Shown here one piece after another: positions 1 to 14,350 of a stretch of DNA of 64,000 nt. Under the pieces are notes generated by a model. That model saw only the letters and a list, made by a program, of their open reading frames with translations, had not been told where the DNA came from and searched no databases. Location: positions 59,336,001 to 59,400,000 of the forward strand of contig NW_024704742.1 in NCBI RefSeq assembly GCF_018977255.1, in the 5' to 3' direction. The translations under genes and the position numbers were made by a program. The stretch comes from Callorhinchus milii. Lineage: Eukaryota. Positions within the stretch are counted from its first letter, which is position 1, and every line of letters starts with the position of its first letter.

Positions 1-1221
1 TGCCCCACTACTCGCCAACATCAACAATCTCTCCCTGTCATCTGGCACTGTTCCTACCCCCCTCAAAACAGCCACTATCACCCCCACCTTGAAGAAACCT
101 TCCTTTGACCTATCACAGCTATCCAGCTACCGGCTCATCTCAAATCTCCCCTTCCTAACCAAAGTCCTTGAGAGAGCCGTTGCCTCCCAGCTTCGCTCTT
201 TCCTCTCCTCCCACTCCCTCCATGAACCCCTCCAATCGGGTTTCCGTACCTACCCACAGTATGAAAACTGCTCTGGTCAAGGTCACAAAAGACATCCTGA
301 CCATGTGTGACCAGGACTCCCTTTGCCTCCTCATCCTCCTCAACCTCTTTGACGCCTTTGACACCGTGGACCACTAAATCCTCCTCCACTGCATCTTCTC
401 CCACCTCAACCTTCAAGGTTCTGTCTTTGACTGGTTCAGGTCCTACCTTTCACACCGCCTCCACTTCATCGCGGCAAATGGCTTATGCTCCAGCCCCCGC
501 ACTGTCTTGTGCGGTGTTCCTCAGGGCTCTGTCCTCGGTCCCCTCCTCTTCACCCTCTACATGCTCCCCCTTTGGTGACATCATCCGCAGACATGGGGTA
601 AATTTCCACATGTATGCGGATGACACCCAACACTACCTCTCTGCCTCCACCCTGAACTCCAAGACTACTGGCGTCCTGACTGTCTGCCTGTCCAACATCA
701 ATTCCTGGACGAGGGCCAAATTTCTCCAACTCAACGGGGATCTTGTTTGCCCTGAAATGTCCTTTCTCCCCCACATCGGTGCCATGACTGGCATTGCCTA
801 CCATCACCTCTACAATATTGCAAGGCTCCGTCACTGGCTCACCCCTCAAGCTGCCGAAACCCTCACCCACGCATTCGTCACCTCAAGGCTTGATTACGGG
901 AACTCCCTCCTCATCGGCCTTTCCAACTCTTCCCTTCACAAGCTGCAGGTCATCCAAAACTCTTCAGCCCATGTACTCTCACCCACCAGGCTCCGTGACC
1001 CCATCACTCTCACTCTCGCCCGACTCCACTGGCTCCCCATCCCCCAGAGGATCGAGATCAAGATCCTCGTTCTCACTTTCAAGACCTTCCATGGCATTGC
1101 CCCCTCCTACCTCTCTGACCTGCTGACTCCCTACCAACCTGCCTGCTCCCTCTGTTCATCGGGCTCTGGCCTGCTCCATGTCTCCTGCCCTACCATCAGT
1201 GGCCAGGCTTTCAGCCTCTCT
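1..1221 (+). mobile_element. Degraded L2 RT fragment running off the window start
   Basis: Variants of [27 protein letters not shown] and LHWLP, with frameshifts and an internal deletion. Confidence 0.9.
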
Positions 1222-2574
1222 GAAAGGCATAAATTTGATGCTTTAGATCTGACCAATAAACAGTAACTCCACTTAATAAGGAGCTGTCAGTTCAAGAGGG
1301 AACCATGATCCTGTGATCATTTATACACTCTTAGTCTTTGCATTTGGTGGGGCTGAGCCACTGAACATTCAATCACATTTTTAATGATTTTATTTATGTA
1401 CCATTAAGAATTAAGCCATATTTCAATTATAGCTGCAGTAAAACAGATTAAATCTACTCAGTTTCTGTATTGCCTTCACCTCATTTGTAATTCCCTTGAT
1501 AGCATTTTGTTGCTGAGGAATTCAAATGACACAGTCTTTGACATTCTTTTAAATCTGTTTTTATTTATGTAATTAGGAGGTACTTCCTTGAACTATAACT
1601 CTCAATATGTTTCTGTCATCCCATTCTGCCTGACATCTTGGCACTCGTGCTGTGAATAGCTGATTATAGCTAAAACAGCCTCTTGGAGACTTGTGCATTC
1701 TGCCCTAATCTTTTGGTAATTACGTGCCATCTTCACAACAATGGATAAAACTTTAAGGCTTCTGCTGCTTTTTTTACCATGTAATCCTATTCAATTACTC
1801 CAATGAAAACCCTTTTTCCCCAGGGTCTAATATTTTAAGAAACCATCCCCTTTAATAGTAAATTAACACAGAGTGAATCCAATGAAACCAATCACTCTGG
1901 ATTAACCATAAAGTATTTTGTGCATATCATCAGGAAATAAACTCAAAATCAGTCCTGATTACGGATTTGTCAAAATCAGATCCAAACTCTTCATTTGGAT
2001 TCTCAAGAGGAGTTTTTTTTTGTGTCCTCAGAGTCTCACTCTTTGCATGGAATAAAGTTGTCTGACTGTCTTATCTACTAATGCAGGGTTTGAGTTCCAG
2101 ATATTCTGTGCATTTATCTCGAATTTTCAGTAAGAGGTTTGGGATAATACATAATTCAGAGATGAATGTGTTGAGTTAATGTTGCATGAGACAATATGTT
2201 TCATTCTGAGACAAGTTTGTTTTAAAACCTTTTCCAGAATAGAAACAAGCGACAATACTGTATTGAAAGATCATTATTTCAGTTCAGGCAGCAAATGCAG
2301 ACTTATTGCATCCACAAGCAAGTGGATAGATAGCCATGCAAAAAAATTTAAATAAATGCTTCGGCTCAGTTTATGCAGCTCCTTCTGGCAAAAGCAAAGA
2401 ATTTTCATGTCGTTCGCTTTCGAGACTTCCTTTTATACATGTTTTATGATACAAATAAGGAAAATAATAATATTACTAATCTTTGCATTTGATATAGCAC
2501 CTTATCACATCTTTGAGACATCTCAAAACACTTCACAGAATATACTACGAAGTGAATTGACTATGTTTGATATC

Positions 2575-2771
2575 CTTTGCAATTTGATATAGCATCTTTC
2601 ACACCAGAAGGACATCTTAGGGAGTTTCACAGGTTTTACCTACTTACTGCTAGGTAAACAGAGGTGTGTGGAGTAAGAAAACTTATCTAAGGATTTGCCC
2701 TGCCCAGGAATCAAACTTGTGTCCACTCGCTTTCGAGGTGAGTGCTCTAACCAATACGCTACAGGACTCCA
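2575..2771 (-). mobile_element. Short SINE: tRNA head + CORE-like segment + L2 tail, with no Deu segment
   Basis: Same head as the long form, but after CAGTAAGTAGG it runs directly into the tail. Confidence 0.75.
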
Positions 2772-4667
2772 AAGCTCATGTTGTCTGATTTAGTAGCTGA
2801 TACACTGCAAGCTGGAACTATCTGGCATTTGTTGCTTGCCATACAACACTTGGTAATAAAGTGTTATTCAAACTGTCATATTTGTAGGACAGTGTGTTAT
2901 TATTAATCATTGTGAATGCACACGTTATGCAGATCCTCAAGACTGACAGCCTCATTGACAGGTCAGCAATTCAGCAGGTCCTCTTTGGCTGCACCTCGTT
3001 ACACCAATTTCGCAGAAACATACACTGTGCACTGCACCACACATTACCACACATCACAGGATGGGATTTACAAGCAGACAACTCTGACAACATATTGTGA
3101 GGCCATCATGTTACTCTGTAGACATCTAGTTCTTGAAAGGATTGCATTTGCTTTATTCTGTTGTCAATAACCATGATGCGCCACATTATTGCCTTAATTG
3201 GATACCGAAATACATTCACAAGGACAGGCAAGCATTGAAAGTGAAACAGAAGAGGATGAGAAAACAAAGCATGTGTAATTAATAAACATCCATAGTCATT
3301 TGTCCTTTAAAACATGTTGTTCATTCCTTGAAACAGTAAATGATTTTTCCCCTTCAATTTTCTCCATTTTTGTTTTAAAGAAGCTGGATACAGTTCATGT
3401 GTGCTGGACACAATCTGATTCAGTTGACCAGTCGTTATGTGTTGGCTTAGACTGTGAGTGTTTGTAGAGCTATTAATCCAATGAGATCAACACAGCCAAC
3501 CCAATTATTCCCTCACAAGATGTTCACAGAGGGACACTTTCCAATAGGGGTATGAGATTGGGCCAAAATACTGCACCAACTGAGATCATCTAAATCAGCA
3601 CAGATTGGAAGCCCAAGCTGCATCATTCTCATCTGTGTGTCTGATATCTTCGCCAGATAGTAAATTTGAACCATTAGTCTTGAGAGAAGAATCTTGATAT
3701 TAATGTTCCTAAAATATTAAAATGCACCTGAAATTGTTCAAAATCCAAATGACATTTAACAGTAATACCTGTAAACCAATTTGAAATGTAACCACATGAC
3801 GAGGCACTTTATCAAATGTAAGGATTTGGAAAAATTCGGAGTATCAATCATCCACAGGTGACACTCCAATACAATGCTGCATCCTTTGGATGAGATGCTA
3901 AATCTAGGTCCCATTTGACTCGTTCAGGTAGACGTTAAAGATCCCATGGCACTATTCAAAAAGAGAAGAGAGTTTCTCCCAGAGTGCTGGCTAACAAACC
4001 CCCAGATAAAATTGGTCATACACTTCATGCTTGTTGGCCATTGCTGTGCACAAATTGGCTGCTGCATTTGCTACAAAATATATAGTCACTACACTTTATA
4101 GTATATCTTGTTAAGTGTTTGGACATGTCCTCCCTATGTGAATCATACTAAATCAAAAGCAAGGATTATTATTGTAATGTAAGGATTGTGATGTGTAAAT
4201 CAATATTTAATGTGCTAATTAACAATGGTAATCGATTTAGTGACTTTTTTAATGATTAACACACTGATTGGTCCCAGATGGGCTGGAGGCCGACTGCTCC
4301 TTCCCTGACAACCTTCTCCTGGCAATAACTGACAAGCTGGTTGTGAATATTTCCTCCATTATGTTAATATAAAAACTAACAGGGCATATCACAAGTTCAC
4401 AAGATTAGTTCAAATGAAGATGGCTATTCAGCCCATCTGATCACATCCTTCCAAGATGGACACCCTCCCATCCTCCCAAGCTGTTTTGTTTCAATATATA
4501 AAATGCCTACTGGAAAATTAGAGTTACAAATTATTTTAAATTAAAGAATTTTGTATGTTTTAATTAAAGAACATTGTTGCTCCAATTGATTCTCAAAATG
4601 CACACCCTTGTGCTGCAATACACATAGTCAAGCGCCAGTGCTAGTTTCTGGTGATGGATAGCGTTAC

Positions 4668-4865
4668 CTCTTGTGGAGCCATCTATAATAAATCATTGTG
4701 TAAGATGATTTGAAAGCTCCACATCCTGCATAAGTACATGTTTCCTGACAGTCAGATCAAAGTACAGCAACTGATAGTTTGTTGGAAGCATCAGAACCAG
4801 TTTAGGTATTGGTTGCATCACTCTCGCTATGAATACTGCAAAACGTGTGAGACAACTAAGACTGA
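4668..4865 (-). pseudogene. Candidate exon F (phase 1 to 1)
   Basis: TTTTACATTTTATTTGTTTTTAG acceptor, GTAACG donor. Translation FSLSCLTRFAVFIARVMQPIPKLVLMLPTNYQLLYFDLTVRKHVLMQDVELSNHLTQ*FIIDGSTR. Confidence 0.55.
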
Positions 4866-5197
4866 CTAAAAACAAATAAAATGTAAAATAATAAACAACT
4901 TGCAAGTACAAAGGGAACATGACTGGGTATCATAGCCCAGAGGGACATCAGAATACTGGATAAGTAACCATACTAGGAAAATATTTTTACTCTACACTGG
5001 TTGTCTCATCGGATAAAATTTTCTCGCATGATACGTTCATGTTTGTTTTTTTTGCATTACACTTTGTTCAGATGAGGTTTGTAAGAAACATCAGATTTAA
5101 AGATACATACTGTGTATGTTTGACCATTAACTATTGAGTAGAAACTTTCAGGCACAAGATGTGGAAAGCATCCATTGTCATCCATTGGAAAGTATTG

Positions 5198-5566
5198 TGA
5201 AGTCCTGTAGCTCAGTGTTCAGAGCACTCACCTCGCAAGTGAGAGACCTGGGTTCGATTCCCAGCAGGGCAAAATTCTGGGCAAGTTTCCTTACTCCACA
5301 TGCCTCTGTTTACCCAGCAGTAAGCAGGAACCTGGTTATTAGTCGATTGGCGGATCGCTTTTCTGGGGGTAATAATTCCTTCAAAAATAAAAACAATTGG
5401 TCACTTAAATCCACAACTGTTTGGGAGACACTGCTGTGTGCAATTGGCTGCTGCATTTCGTCCACAAAACATAGTCAATTCACTTTTCAGTATATTCCGT
5501 GAAGCGCTTTGAGATGTCTCGAAAATGTGATAGGGCACTTTATCAAATGCAAGGATTACTATTATT
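5198..5566 (+). mobile_element. SINE, long form
   Basis: Colinear with 62873-63245. Further copies at 9318-10187(-, split by L2), 19520-19819(-), 41638-41915(-) and 38510-39145(-), plus many tail-only fragments. Confidence 0.9.
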
Positions 5567-6810
5567 GTTGCAAGCCCTGTCTTTCTCTCTATAATTTGTT
5601 GCATTTCTTAACAGAATTTCTTAGTAACGATTCCAAGTCAAACTCCCTCTGGTAACCAATGCATGTCACCCTGACTTGCAAGAACTCTGCTCAGACGTGA
5701 TTTCAACTTTTAGTATAGATTTTTTGTGGTTGATTAAGAAATCCCATTAAAAAATGTTGCAATTTAGGCTCCTTTGTCAAGGTTTTGTGTTGCAGCACTG
5801 GCAAAAAAAATTTAATCTAACACATCATTGTGTCTTAAAAGTAAGGTAGCATAGTTTGTCCCCATAATAAAAATGGTCATTCAAATCAACTTTATGAGAC
5901 AATGTTATGTGTAAGTTGGCTGCTGCGTCCGTTCGCAAAGAGTCACTGCACTTTACAATATATTGTGTGGACATCCTCCCAATGTGAAAGGTGCTATACT
6001 ATATGTAAGAATTCATATTTTCTGAACAGGAAGCTCATTCTCTTTAAAATTCACTTCCATATTTTATATTTAAGTTTTTTTCTTCAAAAAATAAACCACT
6101 CAGCTATTAAATTAACAAATAAGTAACTGCATGAAAAAATACCACAGGCACAAAGGACATGATCTGATTTAATGTAAAACAACTTAAGTAGCTTTACACA
6201 GCTTTGTGACTGAGTATTCTGTACTTCAGGACCATTCACACTATGAAGGTATTGTCAAATCATTTCATTCTGTTAGGTGGAAATTAAATGAAACAGTGAA
6301 TGTGTTCTACAGACTCCACTTAAATCTGCATTTCATTGATGTTCAGAAATTGGTCCATTAATGCAATCGGTAGATAAAATAAATGTTATTTGCAGAAAAA
6401 GCTGGAATAAAGCTATCAAATATTATTTGAAACAAATCTTTAAAATCTTTCTTCACTTACACACCTGATTAAATTAATTCCTCCAAAAGAGGCCAAAAAC
6501 ATAGTCTTGTAACACAAAACATATGCTATCATGAAACTAAGCAGAATTTAGCTTTCTTCTTATCTCCTCCAATTTTGTTCTCAAGCAGATACTTGTTCGA
6601 GTGTTTTTGAAATAATTTATGTGGCATTTTCACTGTCAAACTAAATTTTCTATGATACAATTGTAGCTTTTCTATCTTAAGTGCTATCTACGTAGCTTGT
6701 TTTTACCTCCAAAACTGCAAGATACTCTGTGAGAGGTCTTTCAGGTAAATTATCATCTGTTACAAATATATATTGACTATAAACCACTATTTTCACATGG
6801 CTATCCTCCT

Positions 6811-7620
6811 AGGGGGGGGGAAGAGATAAGCGAGGTCTCCTTGGATTTGAACCGACTCCAAGGTGACATGTTGGGCAATGTAATGTCAGAATCAAGCCAA
6901 TCCTTTGGGGGTCTCTGTAGTCAGGTTCCTGAGCCAGGCGGGTCTACAGTATTCCAGGGCACTGCTGATGTCAGATCAGCCAGCCTGGCTCATCGGCAGG
7001 ACCTGGAAGGGCAGACCAGTCACTGGGGGGCAGGGAGTCATTCCACTCAGCTCCTGTTAACCCTGCAAACCAAAGCCCTAATGGGTCTCTTCAACCGTGC
7101 CTTCAGCTCCCCTCTCGACTCTCTACCTCCTCCCTTCCCTCCCCTCACCCTGACCATTTGCCCCCTGCTCGGGTCCCGACCCAACTGTCCAGCGCCTTGG
7201 GACGTCCTCCCGACATGAAAGGCGCTCTATAAATGCAATCTTGTTGTTGTTGTTGTTGTAGTAGGGTTGTCCTAGATGGTCAAGCAGTGGGAAAGCTTGC
7301 CGAACAGTACTATCAATGGCAAGTTATGTGGTTTTAGCCGGTTGGACTCCAGCCGTACCCCATGCACACTCTGGGGTTCCCAAGCCTTGGCTCTTGCCAA
7401 GTTTCCCCTAATACTTTCTGGAATTAGATAAGCAGGATGAATCCCTCCAAGCTGAGAGTGCACATTCCATTCCAACAATCTATCTGGGTTTTCCATGTGT
7501 AGGTGCAATGATTGGAATTCACAGTTTGGTTTGGATACTCTTAAGCATCGTGATGGGTTTTTGCACGTGTCAGACACCCAGCTGAACCAAAAGGATAAAA
7601 AATATCCTGGAGTAAAACAC
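6811..7620 (+). repeat. Unclassified ~0.6-kb interspersed repeat, split here by the L2 tail at 7086-7259
   Basis: Homologous segments at 17790-18150(-), 29490-29750(-), 31995-32100(-) and 59700-60290(+), e.g. CTCCAAG.TGACATG, CAGGGCACTGCTGA, TGTCAGACAC. Confidence 0.8.
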
Positions 7621-7954
7621 TGCATAGAAACATAGCAACAAAAGTCTGCCATTTGTTTATGGATACACAGTCACAACATTTCTCAGTAAAATCCTGTTAA
7701 GTGCTATAAGACATCTCACCGATGTGATAAGGCACTTTGTCAAATGCAAAGATTATTATTATTTGTCCCGTTGAGCCTGAGCAAAGAAACTAACTTGAAT
7801 CCAAGGGAACAGAATGAAAAGTTATCCATCCACTACACATCCCTACAGATCTCTACTGGTCTCTTTCCCTCAGAGGATCTAAACCCTCTACCTGGTCCAA
7901 GCAGCAGAACACATTGTGCTCTGTAGATAACTTGCTCAATCTGCACTTAATCTC

Positions 7955-8125
7955 CCCAAAATCCACCTGGTTTTAGCCTGTCAGACCATTTTGACTTAAA
8001 ATTTAAGATCGAAAGCAGAATTTCGGAAAATTCTTAAACTCAACCTTAATTTGGAAGTTTTCTGCAGTTCCTGAAAAAGACATGTCTTCCAAATTAAGAC
8101 TGAGTTTGAGAATTTTCCATAATTT
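7955..8125. mobile_element. MITE-like palindromic element
   Basis: 33-bp inverted arms at 8025-8057 and 8086-8118. A related copy at 19178-19373 has termini AAATTCCACCT / AGGTGGAAGTT. Confidence 0.65.
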
Positions 8126-9660
8126 CACCAAGACCATAATTTTTTACACACAATGTTTTTTTGTTGGCTAAGACTAGGTAAAATGTCAGCTTGTGTACTA
8201 CATCACCAGTATTGTCCTCAAGCAGATACTTATACAGTTGTTTTTGCATTAGTTACTCATGCTGCTATTCCTCTGTCAGTCACACTTGTAATTGTCTACA
8301 GTACAGTTGAAAGTTCTCCATCCTTAATAATAATAATCCTTGCATTTGATATTGTGCTTTTCACATCTTCTAGACTTCTCAAAGCACTTCACAGAATATA
8401 CTATAAAGTAAATTGACTGTATATTTGTGGGCGAACTAAATGTAGTACTATCTGCTTAAGTTTTAACTCAACCTAATATAATACTATACTTAAGTACTAT
8501 CTGCTTAGATTTTAACATCTAGATCTGCAAGATACCTGGTGAGAGCACTTTCAGATAAATGATCCCTTGTTACAATTGTGTATTGGTTGTAAACCACTAC
8601 TAAAGTGCATGTTGTCATTAAAAGTGAAAAGAAAAATGCATATTAAATGTGAAATCGACTCACCCACATTTCTCAGAATACAGTTAGTCAAAAATATAAT
8701 CCAATTGAAGCATAACTGGCCATTGCTTTCTATTAATGTCATTAGAATGTTCTTCTCAATTCTTCTTTAACAGACCCATTTGAAAAATCTTTCCGAAAGT
8801 AAGAATTATGACTGCTGCAATTATTTTATCCTCATATTTCTTTTTGTAACAATCATTCAATTTTTAATCACCTTAATCTGACTGGTTGGTTGATCATGAA
8901 TTCATAAAACTGACGTGAAATAGGGAGATTATTGGTAGAGCGGTACCACAGGCTCCCATTAAGAAAAAAATACTCTTTGAGATGGTAACGTCAAAAGTAG
9001 CACACAGCTCATTTATTATGACACTTTAACTTTTTAAAAACTGTTTGCTTTAGGTCTTCAATCTCAGAAGGATGTACAGATCTATGACAGTATAGTGTAG
9101 CAAGGCAACAGGAGCATAATTTTCAGTTAAATATTCTTTACTGAGAAACAAATTTGGCGGTAATTCATAATCAAAACAGTGTGATAATAATGTTCAGATT
9201 CAGATAAGTAGTTTAGTAACTGGATACTTGTTAGAGAAAAATCAGAAGAAAAATTTAGTGAAACTCGCAGCTTGTGTGATATTAATTATCAACTGCAACA
9301 CCACAAAGGCAACTATAATATAATAATCCTTGCATTTGATATAACTCCTTATCATGCCTTTGAGACGTCTCAAAGAGCTTCACAGAATATACTGCAAAGT
9401 GAACTGACTGTATATTTTGTGGGCAAAAGGCGACAGACAATTGCGCACAGCAGTGTCCTACAAACAGTCAAGGATTGATTGACCAAATTATTTTTTTTTA
9501 AGGAATTATTACCCCAGGAAAAGCAATCTGCCAATCGACTAATAACCAGGTTCCTACTTACAGCTAGGTAAACGGAGGCATATAGAGTAAGGAAACTTGC
9601 CCAATCTTTTGCCTCACCAAGAATCGAACCCAAGTCTTTCACTTGCAAGGTGAGTGCTCT

Positions 9661-10166
9661 AACAACAGCAAACAACAAAATTATATTTGTGTAGCAACTT
9701 TCACGTTGGGAGGACATCCCAAGGCGCTGGACAATAAGTGTTTCAGACCCGAGCTGGGGTCGAGATTGGGGAAGGTGGAGGGCAGGAGGTGGGGGAAGGA
9801 AGATGATTGAAAGCACGGTCGAAGAGGAGGGTCTTGAGACTGGTCTTGAAGGAGGCAAGAGAGGGGGCAAGGTGGAAGAACTGTTGGATGGAGTTCCAGA
9901 GGGTGGGGGCAGAGTGGCTGGAAGCCCCCTTGCCAATGGTGGGACTGGCGAGGTAGGGGACGCAAGGTAGGCCGGAGCTCGCTGAGTGGAGGGAGTGGGC
10001 AAGTTGGTAGAGGTTCAGAAGGTCGCAGCGTAAGGCGGAAGCAAGGCCATGGAGGGTTTTGAAGGTGAGGACCAGGATCTTGAACTGTATCCTCTGTGTG
10101 ATAGTAAGCCTGTGAAGTTGGGCGAGGTTGGGGATGATAGGGTTGTGAAGCCTGGTGCAGGAGAGG
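9661..10166 (-). mobile_element. L2 3' fragment inserted into the A-box of a SINE
   Basis: QRIQFKILVLTFK motif. The SINE head resumes at ~10167-10187 (ACCACTGAGCTGCAGGACTCCA). Confidence 0.85.
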
Positions 10167-13100
10167 ACCACTGAGCTGCAGGACTCCAGCTGGCCATTGA
10201 TAGCACTGTCTGTCTATTAACGTGACATTTCAGAGAATACAGACTGTGCTAAATTCTTAAATATAGCTTTGATTCTTAGTTTTTCTATGAATTATTTTGA
10301 GGACTATGGAAATTCAAAAGTAAGGTGGTATTTGCGCATTTATCAAATTCTGGACGCTCTGAAATGTTACATTAATAGAACAAACCTAGACACAAACAGA
10401 ATTTTACCCCATTTATAACTTAATACAGAAAGGATGCTTAAATAGGAATAGTCAGAGAACAAGTAGGGTGGATCTAAACATCAGCTTTCAAAGCACTATC
10501 TTCTGAGGAACACCTTACCTCATCGAGAACCTTTCTAGGTTTCAAAACCCACCACGATTTTTGATCTTCTGAAGGTTTTTAATGATATTGATAATGAAGT
10601 AGAATGAACAATATCCATAGAACTAAAGGAATATCTTTGCAATTCATGAGAATATTGGAATGAATTAAAGAAAATTATAATACTGCTATATTTTTAAGCT
10701 TAATGCAGAAATGTAACAACAGTCCCGAGAGGGTTTCTGATCGATAATCTCCATGAAATGGTGAATGGCAACTAAGCTCTGTTTATTTATAGGAGTTAAT
10801 TTTCAACCATAATTAAAAGTTCAATCATGCATATGTGTTTTTCCATAAATTTATTTCAAGGTGTAAGATAATCTGAATAATTGCATTTGCTATCTGATAA
10901 TACATCTCAGACAAGTGAACAGTCAAAAGACCCTCTGCTAAGGACTGGTTAGAATTGATTCAATTGAAAGAACACATTTTTCTTCATTGCTAAAGATAAC
11001 CTTTAAATTATCAATGGTAGTATTCTTTCCATAAATCAATGCACAACATATTAGCAAGCAGAAGGCTTGCTCTGTGTGATTTATTTTAATAAACTAATTA
11101 CATGGTTTAATATCTATTGAGCGTTTGTCGATGCAGTGTTTAGTTGTAATTGCTCCAATGAGCAGTCACGGATGTCGGTCACTGGTGGAGTAAATAAAAA
11201 TAAATCTGTGTAGATTGTTGGCTGCCTGCAAGGCACAGTGCCCATTTCCTCTTGAATACTCAAAGGAATCACTTCAGTGTTCAGCTTTTGATGACAAAGG
11301 AAGAAGACGGTCGGGAGTAGCAGCTGACAACAACTCTCCAGTACCCAATATAAAATTGGTCAATTAGGGCTGGTTACTAGGAAAAGTCTATAACTCGTGC
11401 TATGTGGAGCAGTTTGATCCAAGTTCATTCATTCTTCATTATAAATGGGGCAGTGGTGGATCTCAATGGCTATTTTAATGCATCACTTCATCATGCACAG
11501 GCAGTGACTTTACCATTCAATTGAACCTTAGACACTCAATGGCCTTCGCATGAATCTATGACGTGATGCCCATTATATTTGCAATTGACACACAATGCCT
11601 TAACTTTTCTGAACCAATTGCACTGAATAAATTTGGTGGAGTTTCATATTACTGTCAGGTGAAACTGTGGGATATCACAGAATATTTATAGTAAGTCCTG
11701 GATTTTACTGGATGTATCTATACATATTAACATGTGAATAATCATAATCCTTGCATTTGATACAGGGCTTTTCACGTCTTCTAGAAGTCTCAAAGCGCTT
11801 CACAGAATATGATGTAAAGTGAATTGTCTGTATATTTGTGGGTGAAACGTGGCAGCCGATTGCGCACAGCAGTGTCCCACGAACAGTCGTGGATTGAAAA
11901 TGACCAATTTATTATTGTTTTGTTTTGGAGGGATTATTATTAGGCGTGGGGAGTAAGGAAACTTGCCCAAGGTTTCGCCCTGCCTGGAATTGAACTCAGG
12001 TGTCTCGCATGCAAGACAAGTGCTCTAACCACTGAGCTACAGGACTCCATAATGAACACCATAGTGGGGTCACAGTCTTAGTGGTGAGGATATATTTTTC
12101 CCATCCATAATATCCCTATCTATTTTCATCACTTGAGATAGAAATGCTGAGATAAAACTGAGAAAAATACAAATACTCCTTTCTTAGTGTATATTTATGA
12201 TATTCCTTTAAAGAAATGCTACATCCACAACACAGAACTAATGCTATTGTTTGCAAATGTTTGAATCATCTCTTAAAATGACAGAAAACACCACCACTAC
12301 AATGTGGATCCAACACAATCAATAGATCAATATGAACTAGACAGTAGAGTAAATGAAATTTATTTTTGTCGGTACCCTTGTCTATTTTCTGATTCCTTCC
12401 CAATTCATATGCGGAGGGAACAGATTTAAATCGATTCACAGACCACCCGATCCGCTTTGGAGAATTTACTGAGGATTAGAGTGCTGTGCAAATATCATAA
12501 GGTTGTGGCTCTCTCCCACAAAGCTATAAGGAATTATACCATCAGTTACTAAAGTGCACCACTTCCTCTTTAATGGGCTGCCAAGACTTTGGAACCAATA
12601 TCAAAAGCCTTCACAGACTCGACCTGTAGACAACAGGTGCTGTTTACCTTCACCCAACTTTAAGCACGTTAATCTTCAGAGCTTTAACTTCAGCAATACA
12701 TTGAAAATATTAATCTTTGCAGTTGACATATGCCTTTCAATTTGGGAGGATGTCTCAAAGTGCTTCCTAGGAGTTTACTGTAAAGTGTACTTTGTAGGAA
12801 ACAAGAGAGCCAGTTTGCTCACAGCAATATCCCTCAAACAGCTATGAAGTGAATAACCAAATTTATTTGGGGAATTATTGGCCAGAACAATGGAGAAATT
12901 CCTTCCCTTTTCATATAGTGTTATGGGATCTTTAAAGCCCACCTGAATAACGCTCCGGGACGCGCGTGAAGGCCACTATATAAAAGCAAGTGGTTGAACA
13001 GACAGACTGGACATTAGTTTAGAGTCTCATCCAAAGTACGGCACCTCTAACAATACAACACTTGCATTGGAGTGTCAGCCTAAACTGTAAATTCTAAGCC

Positions 13101-13894
13101 CCTGGAGGGGTTTGCTGGAAACTAGCCTTTTCCCCACAAATGTACATTGAAAGATTACTTCACATATAAAACAAAAGCTATCCTAACCTGGAATTGCCAG
13201 AAGTGGGCCAAATTTCAGTATCCACTGTGTGAATCAGTACTGGCTAAAATGTTGTAGATTGTTAATTCCTAGCTTTTACCTCTAACTCCCAGAAACAATA
13301 AAATAGAACAATCACAAACTCTGTTAAAGACCTTAAGGCTGTTAACTGGTACATGAAATAGTTCCCTGCTGTGTACTGTGCATTTAATGTCCTTACTCTC
13401 TTTTATGCAGTGTTAGACTAAATATATTGCAATATATTGAAGAAAGAGTTGGAAATAATATTCAAACATGCTCTAATACTTAAGCATATTATACTCCTTT
13501 CCCATAGGACTTGAACATGATGTAGGTGTAACAGCCATTTTCTCTCATGTGTAAAGGGAGACACGTTTGAGTATTCTCATGATTGAGGTTGACAAAAGCT
13601 TGATCTACAAAAGAATCATGAGATCTCAAGACTGGTTTAGATGAAAAAGGCCCTTCTGTCCATTTGATCTCATCCTTCCAGAATACTTATCTAACTACCT
13701 TCCCATCACAGCACCAAGCTGTTTTATAAATGAGTCCTGACCACCCTTCCCAGCAACCAGTTTCAATCGTTAATTAGGCTCTGGTTAAGTAAAAACTTTC
13801 TGGTGTGTGTCCTGAAACTCCATTTGTATACAATATCTGCGGGAATTCCTTGATACCAGATTGCAGACAACAGGGTGTCCTTATGCCCAGAGAA

Positions 13895-14350
13895 AACAAC
13901 AAAAAAATTACATTTTTATAGCACCTTTCACATCAGCAGGATGTCCCAAGGCACTGTACAATCAATGTTTTGGATCCGAGCTGGGGGTCAGGATTGGTGA
14001 GGGCATGGGGTGGGGGGAAGAAGGGTGACCTAAGGCACAGTCAAAGAGGAGGGTCTTGAGACGAGTCTTGAAGGAAGCAAGGGTGGGACTATGGTATGGA
14101 CTTCCAGAGGGTGAGGGAGAGTGGTTCAAGGACCTCTCATCAATGATGGGGTGGGCGAAGCGGAGGAAACGAGACAGCCCAGAGCCCACTGAGTGGAGGG
14201 AGCGAACAGATTGGTAGAGGTTAGGAGGTCGCAGAGGTAGGGGGAGCAAGGCCCTGGAGGGCTTTGAGGGTGAGGACCAGAATGTTGAACTGTGTGATGG
14301 GAAACCAGTGGAGTCAGGTGAGGATGGGGCTGATAGGGTGATGTAATATA
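13895..14350 (-). mobile_element. L2 3' fragment
   Basis: ASFKTRLKTLLF motif and L2 tail. Confidence 0.85.

Noticed and set aside
3381..3453. Plus-strand exon candidate (AG...GTGAGT)
   Set aside because: It overlaps an old SINE-like repeat and no other plus-strand exons support it.
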